A stretch of DNA of 64,000 bases from Monocercomonoides exilis PA203 (Eukaryota > Protista > Preaxostyla): positions 620,001 through 684,000 of the forward strand of contig LSRY02000033.1 in assembly GCA_001643675.2 (NCBI GenBank), written 5' to 3'. Within the stretch, counting starts at the first letter, position 1; each line of letters starts with the position of its first letter. A program made the position numbers and the translations under genes. This document shows, in pieces, positions 13,501 to 26,019 of this stretch. The notes under the pieces are model-generated. The model was given only the letters and a program-made list of their open reading frames with translations, searched no databases and was not told the DNA's origin.

Positions 13501-14619
13501 TGACAATGGGAAAGAAGAGTTTGATGAATTTATTGTTAGGATGGAGATGATTGAAATGTTTTTGGTATTTGATGAGAAGAATCGCAGCAATCAGTTTCAT
13601 CATCTTTGTGCGAACTTTCTGTCAATTAATTGTGCAAATATTGATTGTAACTACATTTTTCTTTTTGAGGAACCACTTCAGTGTGATCAGACGAAGAGAT
13701 TGTGTTTTTATAACTCAAAACGAAACATGTTTGATTTCCTTCTAATTTTGCTATTTCAAAATGAGAATTTTATGTTTAAGTTTCTTTTTGTTTGCTCGAG
13801 CTGAATACATTCAAAAGAAAGTTAAAAAAGTTTTGAAGAATTGATTATGCAAACCTTTCATTTCTGTGATCATTGTTTGCACATCCCGATCCAAAGAATA
13901 CTATTCCATATAGACAAGTCGGATATGTTTCCATCGACAAGTTTTTCGATAATTGAAATAAAGGGAGTTTTTTCCTAGGATAATGTTAATTTTGAAACAG
14001 AAATGAAAGTATTTTTTTTGAAATAGTTTGATAAGTTGTGAACAAATTAAACAAATGGGTGATTATTTTTGAAATCATATTTCTTCGAAGTGAATTTTCG
14101 GTTTAAATTTATTGTTTTAAATTTTTCTTTTAAATTTTTGTCAATGAACACAGAAAAGAAATAACTCCAATAAAAATCATTTCTGTCTTCCTTTCACATC
14201 AAACAATGAATTTGGATTAAATAAAATGAATGAAACATTTCAACAAAAATTTTGTTTTCAAATTCATAAAATTTTCGTAATTATGCACATCCCTAAAAAA
14301 AGTTATGATTTCAAAACTAATTAATTATTCTTTTTATCAACATAAATTATACAGATCAAAGATTCATATTCTTCACCTTGTAAGTAATAACTTTCAGTGG
14401 AATTGAATAACATTTAACATCACATTTTTCGCATTAAATGATTTGAGTCAATTTGAAATGACAAGAAACACTTTTCCTATGATTATTTCAGTATGTATTG
14501 CTAAACTTTGTGTGTCATTAAAGCATTTATTATTATTCCTTTGAAAAATCTATTGATATTCATAAAATTATACAAAACATTTTGAATCTAATTTTTATCA
14601 AACAATTATAGACAATTTT

Positions 14620-14888
14620 GGTGATTATTATTGAAATCATAACTTTTTTTAGGGATGTGCATAATTACGAAAATTTTATGAATTTGAAAACAAAATTTTT
14701 GTTGAAATGTTTCATTCATTTTATTTAATCCAAATTCATTGTTTGATGTGAAAGGAAGACAGAAATGATTTTTATTGGAGTTATTTCTTTTCTGTGTTCA
14801 TTGACAAAAATTTAAAAGAAAAATTTAAAACAATAAATTTAAACCGAAAATTCACTTCGAAGAAATATGATTTCAAAAATAATCACCC
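14620..14888. mobile_element. Same MITE family at the palindrome centre (mirror copy 14057-~14325)
   Basis: ggtgattattattgaaatcata at 14620 and tatgatttcaaaaataatcaccc ending 14888. Internal similarity to 10765-11019 (gaagaca..tgatt..tgttca..aatttaa). Confidence 0.62.
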
Positions 14889-15440
14889 ATTTGTTTAATT
14901 TGTTCACAACTTATCAAACTATTTCAAAAAAAATACTTTCATTTCTGTTTCAAAATTAACATTATCCTAGGAAAAAACTCCCTTTATTTCAATTATCGAA
15001 AAACTTGTCGATGGAAACATATCCGACTTGTCTATATGGAATAGTATTCTTTGGATCGGGATGTGCAAACAATGATCACAGAAATGAAAGGTTTGCATAA
15101 TCAATTCTTCAAAACTTTTAACTTTCTTTTGAATGTATTCAGCTCGAGCAAACAAAAGAAACTTAAACATAAAATTCTCATTTTGAAATAGCAAAATTAG
15201 AAGGAAATCAAACATGTTTCGTTTTGAGTTATAAAAACACAATCTCTTCGTCTGATCACACTGAAGTGGTTCCTCAAAAGAAAAATGTAGTTACAATCAA
15301 TATTTGCACAATTAATTGACAGAAAGTTCGCACAAAGATGATGAAACTGATTGCTGCGATTCTTCTCATCAAATACCAAAAACATTTCAATCATCTCCAT
15401 CCTAACAATAAATTCATCAAACTCTTCTTTCCCATTGTCA

Positions 15441-16802
15441 ATGAAAATGAAAAATGAAAAAAGGATAAGGAAAGCAAAGAAAATGTCCTGATTTTAGAAC
15501 ACTTCAAATAAGAAGGGAAATGCAGATTTCTCGTATTGAAAAAAGTGAAGTTCAATCACTTGAAAAAGAAGAGGAAGAAGAAGAATCGTTTGGTGAATTG
15601 TTTTCATCATTAATTGATGACAACACTGATGAACAATTTTGTTTGCCAATAATTCATTTGATAGAACTTAACAATCTGGTCAAATCTGATATGAGTACTG
15701 TTCCAAAGAGGGAACCACGAAAGACACTAACAGTTCACGATCAGATAATTATCTATCTTGAATGGCTTTCAAGTTGAACCACAATAAAAAAGATTACTGA
15801 AGATTTGAAAATATCGAGCACAATTGCGTCTAACTGCCTTGATGAAATAAACCCATATCTATTGCACGGGTTTGAGAAGCCTTTTTTATGAGCCTCAAAA
15901 GCCTCCTTTTTTCTCATGTGGAGATTTTCCATCTGTTACTTTGTTGGTAGATGCTACGACAGTAAAGGTGCCTCGCCCACCAATAGCATATGATGACTCA
16001 AAGCAACTTTTTGATGGTCATCATAATGTTTATTGAATGAAGTCTGAAGTGGCCGTTTTAGCATGGCCGCAATGCAAAGCGCTGTTTATGTCAGACGCAA
16101 TCGCAGGAGGAATTCATGATGTGTTTCTTTTTAGACAAGGGATGAAAAAGATACATAGGGTTTCTCAATAAAACAGATAAAGAAAAAAACGGAAGATGTA
16201 TTTATGATGAAAGCGAAAGCTGGGCTATTCTTGCCGATAAATGATATCAAGGCTATTTTCCCGAACTGAATACAACAACACCAATCCGAAAGAATTACCC
16301 AACAAACAAGTTTCCGAAATTTAATTCTCAAAATTTATATTCTTGTCCTTCTTTGTCTGAAATTTCTTCTTCAATGAATGCTTTTCCTTCTTCTCATTCT
16401 TTTTCTTCTTCTTCGTCATTTTATTCTTCCTTTTCTCCTTTAACATTGTCATCTACAGACTCATTATCTGTATCATCACATACAAACACAGATGACTCTT
16501 TGCTTAACATTAATTAGTTTTCTCAAGCAGCTTTCTCCTCCTCATTGTCTTCCGGAAAAGTGGAATAAAAAATCAAAACATTTAATGCTTTATTGGATAA
16601 AAATAGAATTTCTGTTGAGTGGTTCTTTGGAAGGATGAAAAGGCTATGGCTTCTATTTTCAGATAAATATACAGGAGGAAGAAAAAATCTCTCAACGGAT
16701 GCAAAGATTGCTAGTTGGTTGACAAACATTGTTATCGATTCCCACTGTTTGACTGAAGAAGATGTGACATTTTTTATAAAGAAATTGCATTTTCTTCAAT
16801 AA
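15441..16802 (+). pseudogene. PIF/Harbinger-ISL2EU (IS5-like, DDE_Tnp_4) transposase pseudogene, copy 2
   Basis: Across frameshifts and stops: LTVHDQIIIYLEWL (HTH-like), FPSVTLLVDATTVKVPRP, FDGHHNVY*MKSEVAV, AGGIHD, WAILADK*YQG and NRISVEWFFGRMKRLW, the D-D-E motif series of DDE_Tnp_4. Confidence 0.87.
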
Positions 16803-18646
16803 AGGAGATAGAGCGAAAGAAAATAAGGTAAACAAACATGAGAGCGGATACAGAAAGGAAATGAGTGAGAAAAATCTTCAATCGATCAAACGCTGACATT
16901 CCACAAAATGTGATCAACGATTCAGTGTATGAAACGACAGAGTTTCGATTCTAGTGTAATTTTTAAATTTATTTTTAAATTGTTCATCATTTTGCAATTT
17001 CGATTCAAATAATATTAAAATATATCTCAAAACATAAAGTGAAACAATTCAAGATTTTTCTCAAAATTAAACTCACACAAATAGTGAAATTGGAGACATT
17101 AAATCTTTCTGCTTAAGAAAATACAATTTTAAAAACCTTTGGATATGATAAACAGAGATTACTCAAATAAATTTTTAAACCCAAAATGAAAATCTTCGAA
17201 TTTTTGCAATCAAAATTTTCAAACAAAAACATATTCGAGCATGACCACAACCATATTTCTATCAAAAATATTTCTATTCAATGCTTTTAAAAAACATCCA
17301 GTTGATTCAAGTTTTTCTCTGTGTTATCAAAATAACTGGGGTTATTTTTAATTCGTCACTGAAATTTGTAATGACACAATTAATTTGAAATAACCTATTT
17401 ATTTCACAATTTATCTAATGCATCATTAATTATTCAAATCTGGAATTTTTATTATTCAATAAGAAACATACTATGATTCAAGAACATCCCGTGAAACGAA
17501 AAAATAAGTCTATTTTTCAAAGATTTTTATTCATCTAAAAATGATCACTCTGCTGTTGAATTTAAAAATTGCATTTACTCAACAAAAAATAATCGATCGG
17601 AAATCGATCATTGTTCAACCACCTTTTTGAAAAAGGAAAAAAAAATGTTTTTTTCAGGTTCATATGTTTAAAATGTTTCTTTGATGAAAATAAGATAAGC
17701 ATCAATAATCACCCGTACAATCAATTTCTTTCATTTTCGGATAAACAAAGAATAAAAGAATGTAAATTTTAAAATTGCAATTCTCTTTTTTGAAAAATCA
17801 TCTATTTGCAAAATTAAAAAAAAATTTTTTTTTCCCTGATATTAAAAAAAAAAGGAGTGTGCAAATCTCACATCACAAACTATTCATTAAACACGTTAAA
17901 AAATTCTATCACTTCGAAATCGATATGGGTGATTATTTTTGATATCATATTATTTCATTTTTAAATTTCGATTGTTAAATTTCACTTGAACATTCACAAA
18001 AGAATACTGAAAAGTGATTTTACTAATCAAAGATGTCTTCATTTTTATTTTGGCTTTTACATTTGTTTTTGAAATGGTTTTGATGAAATTTGTAATAAAA
18101 ATACAAAATCTCTATTCATTGACAAACAACCTTTGAAAAATAAACACTCCGAAAAAAGTTATGATTTCAAAAATATTCACCCATATATTCTTTTTCGAAA
18201 TGTAATTATTTTTGGTGTAAATAGTGTAATTCATAAAAAGAATGATATTTAAAATATTTAAAAAATAAAACAGAAGACATTTCAAATTGAAAAAGTCTTT
18301 TTATTTGTCATTTGAAATATATCAATAATTTTTCATATCAAGCTCATTTTCTTCTCAATGCTCAAAGAAATGAATAGTTCAAAAGTGATTAAAAATACAT
18401 AATATGAGTGAGTTGAACGAAAAGGTTTTGAACAATTCATATTGATGTGATCACAACTTATAGCAGAGTGCTATATGACAATATGCAAAACTCAATAAAA
18501 TTTCATAACCAAAGCTGTCCCATATCATTTTCACTGGACTTAATTAAGATGATAGGAACTTGAAAGAACATTTTTTGAAAAAAGTTGAAGCATCGATAAA
18601 TCTTTTGCTCGCATTTTTGAGCAATCATTGAAATTTTAATTTTGGA

Positions 18647-21286
18647 ATGGTGAACTTTACTGTCACTCAATTGAGAGAACACATGGGAAACCGTAACAAC
18701 ATCAGAAATATGTCTGTGATTGCTCATGTTGATCATGGTGAGTTTTCTTATAAATTTATCCTTGACCTTATGATTTTTGTGTGATTTTTTTTAAAAATAA
18801 AAAAAAACATTTGCAATTTGCGAATGCATTTGTTTTTGATCTGAATTTGCTGAACATTTCATTCAGGAAAGTCAACCTTAACTGATTCTCTTATCGAAAA
18901 GGCTGGAATCATTGGACAACAACAGGCTGGCGATGCTAGAACGTTGGATACCCGAAAAGACGAACAGCAAAGGGGCATAACAATCAAATCGACTGGAATT
19001 TCTTTGTATTACGAATTTCAAGTTCCCGGATCAGAAAAAAGAGACGGTTACCTTATAAATGTGATTGACTCACCAGGTCACGTTGACTTTTCCAGTGAGG
19101 TGTCAGCTGCTATTCGCGTGACCGATGGAGCAATTGTTGTCGTCGATTCAGTTGAAGGCGTTTGCGTTCAGACTGAAACAGTATTGCGACAGGCGCTTGC
19201 AGAGCGTGTGGTGCCTGTTCTTATGATGAATAAAATTGACAGAGTGATTCTTGAATTAAAATTGGATCCAGAAGAGGCATATCAAAGATTCCTGAGAACG
19301 ATTGAAGATATCAACGTATTGATTGCAATGTATGATGACGGCAAATTGGGTGACATAGAAGCAAATCCTGTAACAGGAACAGTTGTGTTCGGATCGGGCC
19401 TTCATCAGTTTGGCTTTACTCTTCGGCGATTTGCGGAATTCTATTCAGCGAAATTTCAGACGCCAGAAGCAGATCTTGTGAAGAAACTCTGGGGAGATTG
19501 GTTTTTCAACCCCGCAACGAAGAAGTGGCAAGAAACAGACACAGATGCAGATGGCAAAAAGTTGAAGCGCGGCTTTGTGCAATTTATCTTGGATCCATTG
19601 TACCAAGTGTTTGATGCAGTCATGACAAAGAACACAGAAAGGCTGAACATAGTTATGACTCAAATGAAGATCCATCTTACAAAAGAACAAGAGACTTTCA
19701 CGGAAAGAAAATTGTTGAAGGCAGTGATGCAGAACTGGATGCCGGCAGCTGATGCGCTTCTGGAAACTGTCATCTTGAACTTGCCGTCGCCAGTCCAGTC
19801 ACAGAAATACAGAGTCGAAAATTTGTACACGGGCCCAATGGATGATGCTGCTGCTATTGCTATTCGTGACTGCAATCCAGACGGACCGTTGATGCTTTAT
19901 ATTTCAAAGATGGTGCCTGCGGATAAGACACATTTCTATGCTTTTGGACGAGTCTTCTCAGGGACTGTTAGAACTGGAATGAAGGTTAGAATTCAAGGGG
20001 CAAACTTTGTGCACGGAAAGAAAGGGGACTTGTTTATTAAGAACATCCAACATTGTGTTCTGTTTATGGGCAGGAAGTTTGAGCCAGTGGAAGATGTTCC
20101 TTGTGGAAACACTGTCTGCCTTGCTGGGATCGATCAATATCTGACCAAATCTGGAACCATCACGGATTTTGATGATGCTTACAATATCGCCTCGATGAAG
20201 TTCTCTGTTTCGCCGGTTGTGCGTGTTGCTGTCGAGCCGAAGGAAATGAGCGATCTGCCGTTGTTGGTGGAAGGCCTGAAGCGCCTGGCAAAGTCTGATC
20301 AGCTGTGCGTTGTTTCGACATCAGGCTCTGGCGAGCACATTATTGCAGGAGCAGGTGAGCTGCATCTGGAAATATGCCTGAAGGACTTGCAGGATGATTT
20401 CATGGGTGGCACAAAGATAAAGGTTAGCGATCCGGTTGTGCAGTATTGTGAAACAATCCAAGAGAAATCAAGCACGATTTCGTTGGCAAAATCGCCAAAT
20501 AATCATAACCGAGTGTTTATGGAAGCCGAGCCTTTGGATGACGAGCTTGTTGAAGAGATAGAGAGAGGGAACTACGGACCCAACAGCGATGCAAAGGAAA
20601 TGGGGAAAGATCTTGTAACGAAATACAACTGGGATCCAGCAGATTCTCGAAGGATTTGGTGCTTTGGGCCAGATGAAAAAGGCGCCAATGTGATTGTCGA
20701 CAAGACAAAAGCAGTGCAGTATTTGGATGAAGTGAAGGGCTATTTTGAGCAAACGTTTTCGTGGGCCACGATGAATGGGCCGCAGTGCAATGAGACAATG
20801 CGGGGGGTGCGCTTCAATGTGTTGGACGTGCTGCTTCATCCAGATTCTATTCATAGAGGAGCATCTGAGATGGTCCAGCCGATCAGATCATGTCTGTATG
20901 CTTCGGAGTTGTATGCGCAGCCAACTCTTCTTGAGCCTATGTTTGCTGCAGACATTACTGCCCCAAGAGATGCTGTTGGTGGGGTCTACACATGCTTAAA
21001 CAAGAGAAGAGGGCAGGTTGTGTGTGAAGAGCCAAGAATGGGCACGCCTCTGGTGAATGTCAAAGCATTCCTGCCTGTCTCTGAGTCGTTTGGATTTACA
21101 GCTGATCTGCGCTCGCACACCTCTGGGCAAGCGTTTCCGCAGTGCGTATTCGACCATTGGCAACTTGTGCAAGGAACAGCGTATGAGGTTGGTTCGCGAT
21201 GCTATTCCACTGTTAGAGCAATCAGAAAACGCAAGGGATTGCCAGAGGATGTCCCCAAGCCCGATTCTTTTACAAAAAAACTGTAA
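18647..21286 (+). CDS. EEF2: Translation elongation factor 2, copy 2 (836 aa, one intron 18738-18866)
   Basis: The spliced P-loop AHVDHG|KSTL is restored across a GTGAG...TTCAG intron. All eEF-2 motifs are present; ends PDSFTKKL*. Confidence 0.96.
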
Positions 21287-22378
21287 AATGATTGTTGTAT
21301 TTTTTTGTGATATTTTTGTTGAATTGCTGGTTGAAGAAAAGATTTGCAACCATCAAATGATTATATGAATAATCACAAGTGCCAGATATTTTTAGTCACG
21401 TCGAGGTTGTCTTGGCACGTTTTTCTTGATGGTTATGTTTTGTTTCTTTTCATGATAAATTTTTTTCTCCGTTTGGAATTTTTCACACAGACAGGAGAAG
21501 ATTTTGCTGTGTTTCAGCAGAATCCAATAATAATGATTTCCCAGCATGTATATTATCGATCTCTTTGCAAAGAAGGAAACAGATCTCAAAGAATGTGACG
21601 GTTTCATTTTCATATTCAAAGACAATCAATAGATTGAATGCAAATTCATTATTTGAAAAAAAAAATAAATTAACAGCACATTTTTTATAAAATGAAGAAT
21701 TATTGAACTTGAATGACCATTTTTCAGGTGAAAAATCATATCCACATTGTTTTGTTATTTCCCTTTTTTGAATGCAGAGATAATTGTTTGAGCTCATTGT
21801 TGAAACACTTTCTTATGTTGGATTCAAATCCTTGTGTCTTTTTCTTTTTTTTTTCTTTTTTAATTTCCTGGCTTGTTGCTCACAATATTTACCTTCATCT
21901 TTTTGTTCAAAAAATAATGTGGCTGAAGTTGATTGAAAAAGAGTTGAAAATCTTTTGATTTGAGGTACAAGTTGTAAAAAAGTGAAGTGGATAAAAATTT
22001 CAAGGATTCAAAAACTATCAACAAAAATTGGGTGTTGAAACAAATGATGAATAAATTTTGATTAAACAAATAAAAACCATTTGATCTTTACATAAAGAAA
22101 CAATGGAGCAAAATACAAACAGAGACAAAGGAAGAAAAAATAAATAAATAAAGAAAGAAAGAAAAAGAAAAGAAAACTCAATGAAAAAAAAAAAGGATGT
22201 TAAAAAAAAGGACATGCATGTTCAAATTGAAACGGAAGACTTTGAAACTTGCACACTTTAAAATAGCAATGCTCTGTTAAAATATAAGCTCAATCAATCA
22301 AAAAAATTTTCCCATCCGCCATTGCAATCAACTTTTCATCAAAATACTAAAACAAAAATGATATATACATATTATTTG

Positions 22379-23925
22379 CTAAAAATTTTTCGTAAATACC
22401 CAGTAAAAAGAACGCAGTTCACTATTTGTTAAATTGGTCGGATGAGAATCGCAAAGATCTTCCAATCCATTCTCCTCCAAAGCACTAAGCAAAACAATCG
22501 CAGATCTGTGTGCATCTGAATTATCAATAAAAAACGTTTCTTGGCTTTCAACTTTGCAATCGTCCAAACATTTATTGATTAAGTCTGCCATTGTTCTGAA
22601 CGATCTACTCACGTTGTCGTTGTCTGTTGCTTTCATGACGAGATTGCAACTTATTTCGACATAAATAGGAAGGACATCAATCACACTTGGGCCATTATAG
22701 CTCACACCCCAATGACGCGTCACAAAATTGATGTTATAGTCAAGCGATCTGATTTGAACATTTTCGAGAAACCATTTCAGCAATAATGTTACACATTTCA
22801 TATGAGGAATATCAACTTTGACATTCAAATCATTAATAAGATGTTTAACTGCGAATACCATCCGCTTGAACAAATCAACATGCTCGGAGGTGACTGAACG
22901 CCGACTAATTGGCGTAAAGTCATCAAAGATTGACAGCAGTTTTTTGTCCTTTTCCACACACATTTCTTGTTGGCTTTTCTGACCCTTTCGCTCAAAGAAG
23001 TCAAATGGCTTTTGCGTAAAACAGCATATTGTCTTCTCCATCAAAATTGTGCAGCATTCTGCAAAAGCACCACTCAGCCGCTCACCCCTATTCACCCGCG
23101 AAACGTACTGATATAACTCATCCATGCATTTACATGAAAAAAAGGGATTCTTACACACAGCCTTGCTTAGCAAAGATATAAGATCCGAAATAAGTTGAAA
23201 ATTGTCATCATGAGGTGGATAAACTTCAAAATTTAAAAAAAATAAAAAATAAGCAAAGATAAAATTGCAAAACATTTTTTTCCACAAAAAATAAAATCAC
23301 ACCATAAATATCGTGCGTCGTTATTGGCAAAATGTGTGTTTCGAAATCTTTTGATTCGGTGTTAATTTCATGGCGAAGGAGTGTCATATAGCTATCCCAA
23401 ATGGATTTATCTTTCATTGCATCTTTCAAGTATTGCGGATGTGCAAACAAATAAATCATAATCAACTTGTTTTTGCTTTCGAATTCTTGCGTGTGCTCAA
23501 TCAACGAAATAAATGAGGATGATCCATAAGCATTATGCAGTCGCGTTTCTATTTCGTGGCTTTCTTCATATTTTGCTTTTATCGCCTTATTAACCAAAGT
23601 GTAAATAATGTCAAGCGCCAGGCACTCGTCTGCACTTCGTAACCCCCCAAATAAGCCAACAAAATTCACAAAAAACGTCTGCGGAAGGTCTCTCACATAA
23701 TCGCTGCAGTTTCGGCACCGAACATATTTTTCGAAAAACAACAAGGTTTGGTGCAGCTCTTCGTTTGAAGAGCCGTGGATGCTGTCAACATAATCTGTTT
23801 CACCAGAAAATCATCATTCCAAAAATATCAAGCAAAGCCAAACCGCTTATCTTCATCGGCTTTTCATTTTCAAATCGTTTCTTTTTAAAGGTTTGATGGT
23901 GATTTACCGGTCTTTGCCGCAGCAT
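22379..23925 (-). CDS. Hypothetical protein, 3 exons, copy 2
   Basis: Mirror of 5023-6570, with one S/G difference (ERKSQK vs ERKGQK). Confidence 0.65.
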
Positions 23926-24361
23926 CGCCCTTATCACTTAAAAAACAGTTAAACTTAGAATTTATTAATTAATAATTGGACATTTTGATCTTATTTGAAC
24001 TTTCGAACTCGATTCTCTGAAGCACTCGTTTGTTGTGTCTTTTATTAGCAAGGTTGGTGTTCCAAAGCAAAAACCAGTTTCTAAACAGAAAAATGACAGC
24101 TCATCAAAAGAGAGTGATTTTTTTGAGTTGAACATTTCAGCTCATAAATATTTTCATCCTTCTCCAATCTTTCAAAAAATTAGCCGACTTCGCGACGCAA
24201 TCAATGCTCTGATGCCGGCATCCAAAATGCATTTCTGCCATTCAAAAAATATTCAAATACTCGAAAAACGATAAAACTTTCAAAAACTTTTTTGTGAGAT
24301 GAACATGAGAAAAATAAAAAAGATAACAAGGGAGTTGAGCCTTCACACGCGAGCCATTCCC

Positions 24362-24732
24362 TTATGCCAGCACCTCCTTAGCCTTTTCGCTTTCTTCCAC
24401 TTTCTGGTCTTCCCCTTTCTCTTCAGAAGCTTTTATTGCTGTGAATCTCACCCACTTTCCGGTTTCTGTCTCCTCCCACACGCTGTCGCTGTCTGTTCCT
24501 GCTGCCACAAGCACCTGCCTTTCACTCTCGCAAAAACGCACTTTGAAGGCTGGCGAACGCGTCGCTATTTCTGCAACATCCCAATCTTTGCACAAATGCT
24601 CCTGCGAAAGCGGAGCCGGGTGTGTGTGAATTTTGACTGTGCCGTCCTCAGACGCCGATGCAAAGCGAATTCTTGGAGTAATTTTGGTATCTTCAGTAGC
24701 ATCAGCAGAAGAAGAGGAAGGTGTCGTTGAAG
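24362..24732 (-). pseudogene. 5'-truncated duplicate of the SEC13-like last exon
   Basis: Near-identical to 4252-4586; the upstream Ser-rich part is diverged and is then replaced by unrelated sequence. Confidence 0.75.
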
Positions 24733-25225
24733 AAACGAAAAGAAGAAACTAAAAAGGAAGAAATTTGAAAAGGAAAAATATGAAAAGATGGAAGAAGAAG
24801 GATATGAAGATGTTTTCACAAGCTTTCACGAAATTTTTTATTTTCAATTCGAAGAACATGACAATGGTGCATGTCTTCTCCACACAACATTGTCAGTTGA
24901 TCGATTCATTTTATCATTCAATTCAAATTGAAAATATTTGCACAAGCGTGGAATTCATTCTTTTTAATCTTTGAGTTTTCAACAAAAAAGGCACTGAAGA
25001 AAAAACAGAAGAAATTGAAAAAAGATGGAGCAAAGGTTTCTCTAAAGGTGAAAAATGAAACTCAAAATTCAATGGAAAATGACAGTCAAATGAAATTGAA
25101 AGAGAAATGCAGATTTAAATGAAAAAGGACAGTGAAATCTCTTCAGGCTTTGAAAATGAAGAGGAGAAGAGTCGAGTGATGATGATGATGATGATAACGA
25201 TGTAGAAGAGGAGGATAAATTACGT

Positions 25226-25561
25226 ATGGACATTTCATTTGATGATGCGAAGGTTTGCCTTTCATCAAGCGATGTCGAAGACGGAGCAGATATTGCGCTG
25301 AATGATGCTATCTTGTTGAACAGTCAAGAGTCTCCGGCAACAAACCTTCCGCCTCTGTTAATGGTTGCATCTTTCCTATCATCAGAATCAGACAATGCTT
25401 TATTTCCTTCAATGCCAATGGCTGGGGCTATGCCTGCTATTGAAGATTCATTGAAGGACTACCGGAAAACCATTGGCATGCTGAAAGAAGGGGAAGAGAG
25501 AGAGATCGAAGTGTCAGAGACTTCAGTGCTGATGCGTTATAGTGGACTCAATCAATTTTAA
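25226..25561 (+). CDS. Hypothetical acidic protein fragment, possibly degenerate
   Basis: 111-aa ORF with coding-like composition in a 24.8-25.7 kb region interrupted by stops; no recognised domain. Confidence 0.25.
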   Translation: MDISFDDAKVCLSSSDVEDGADIALNDAILLNSQESPATNLPPLLMVASFLSSESDNALFPSMPMAGAMPAIEDSLKDYRKTIGMLKEGEEREIEVSETSVLMRYSGLNQF

Positions 25562-25980
25562 GAAAGCGGAGGAAAATGTATACTCAATCTATGTGAGAAG
25601 CGGTGCAACAAAAACAGTGTGCTTTGTGTTTCTCTTTTTCATAGCAGGTGGCTGAGCAAGCTTCAAGAAGCTAACGATAACGGAGAAGAAATGCTTCTTG
25701 ATGAACCTCTTCCTCTGCCTCGGTAGGATTTTTTTTGAATTGGAGGAAAAACAAGATGAATAAGAAAAATGAGTTTAGAGTGATCAAAGGAATCGAAAAG
25801 AGAAGATTGTAAAAATCATATCAATTTGACATAAAAATTGAGCTTTTGGAAAAGAATCGGACATATTTTAAGTGGTTTTGTGAATAACATTTGCTTTTAC
25901 AACATTTTTTAAAAATATAACATTTTCTTGTCAGAAAGATAATGTTTTAGCTCGTTTTCATCTTTTTGCAAACTGCCCTT

Positions 25981-26019
<39 letters not shown>

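Larger units (their letters stand above)
4252..14314. repeat. Left arm of a ~10-kb inverted duplication (giant palindrome)
   Basis: Reverse complement of 14631-24696. The ORF track is mirror-symmetric, with paired coordinates summing to ~28945-28949. Differences seen are mostly homopolymer indels plus a SNP at 5965/22984. Confidence 0.97.
14631..24696. repeat. Right arm of the ~10-kb inverted duplication
   Basis: Starts ttgaaatcataactttttttagggatgtgc (reverse complement of ~14285-14314). Identity ends inside the duplicated 3' part of the SEC13-like gene at ~24696, with a diverged tail to ~24732. Confidence 0.97.

Noticed and set aside
15775-16244. Alternative genetic code (TGA=Gly or Trp, or TAR=Gln)
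   Set aside because: Intact genes end in TAA, TAG and TGA and contain no in-frame stops; internal stops occur only in frameshifted relics.
10765-18182. Recurring 23-bp motif as a CRISPR-like array
   Set aside because: Copies occur in inverted pairs with irregular spacing, no cas genes are present, and the context is eukaryotic; better explained as TIRs.
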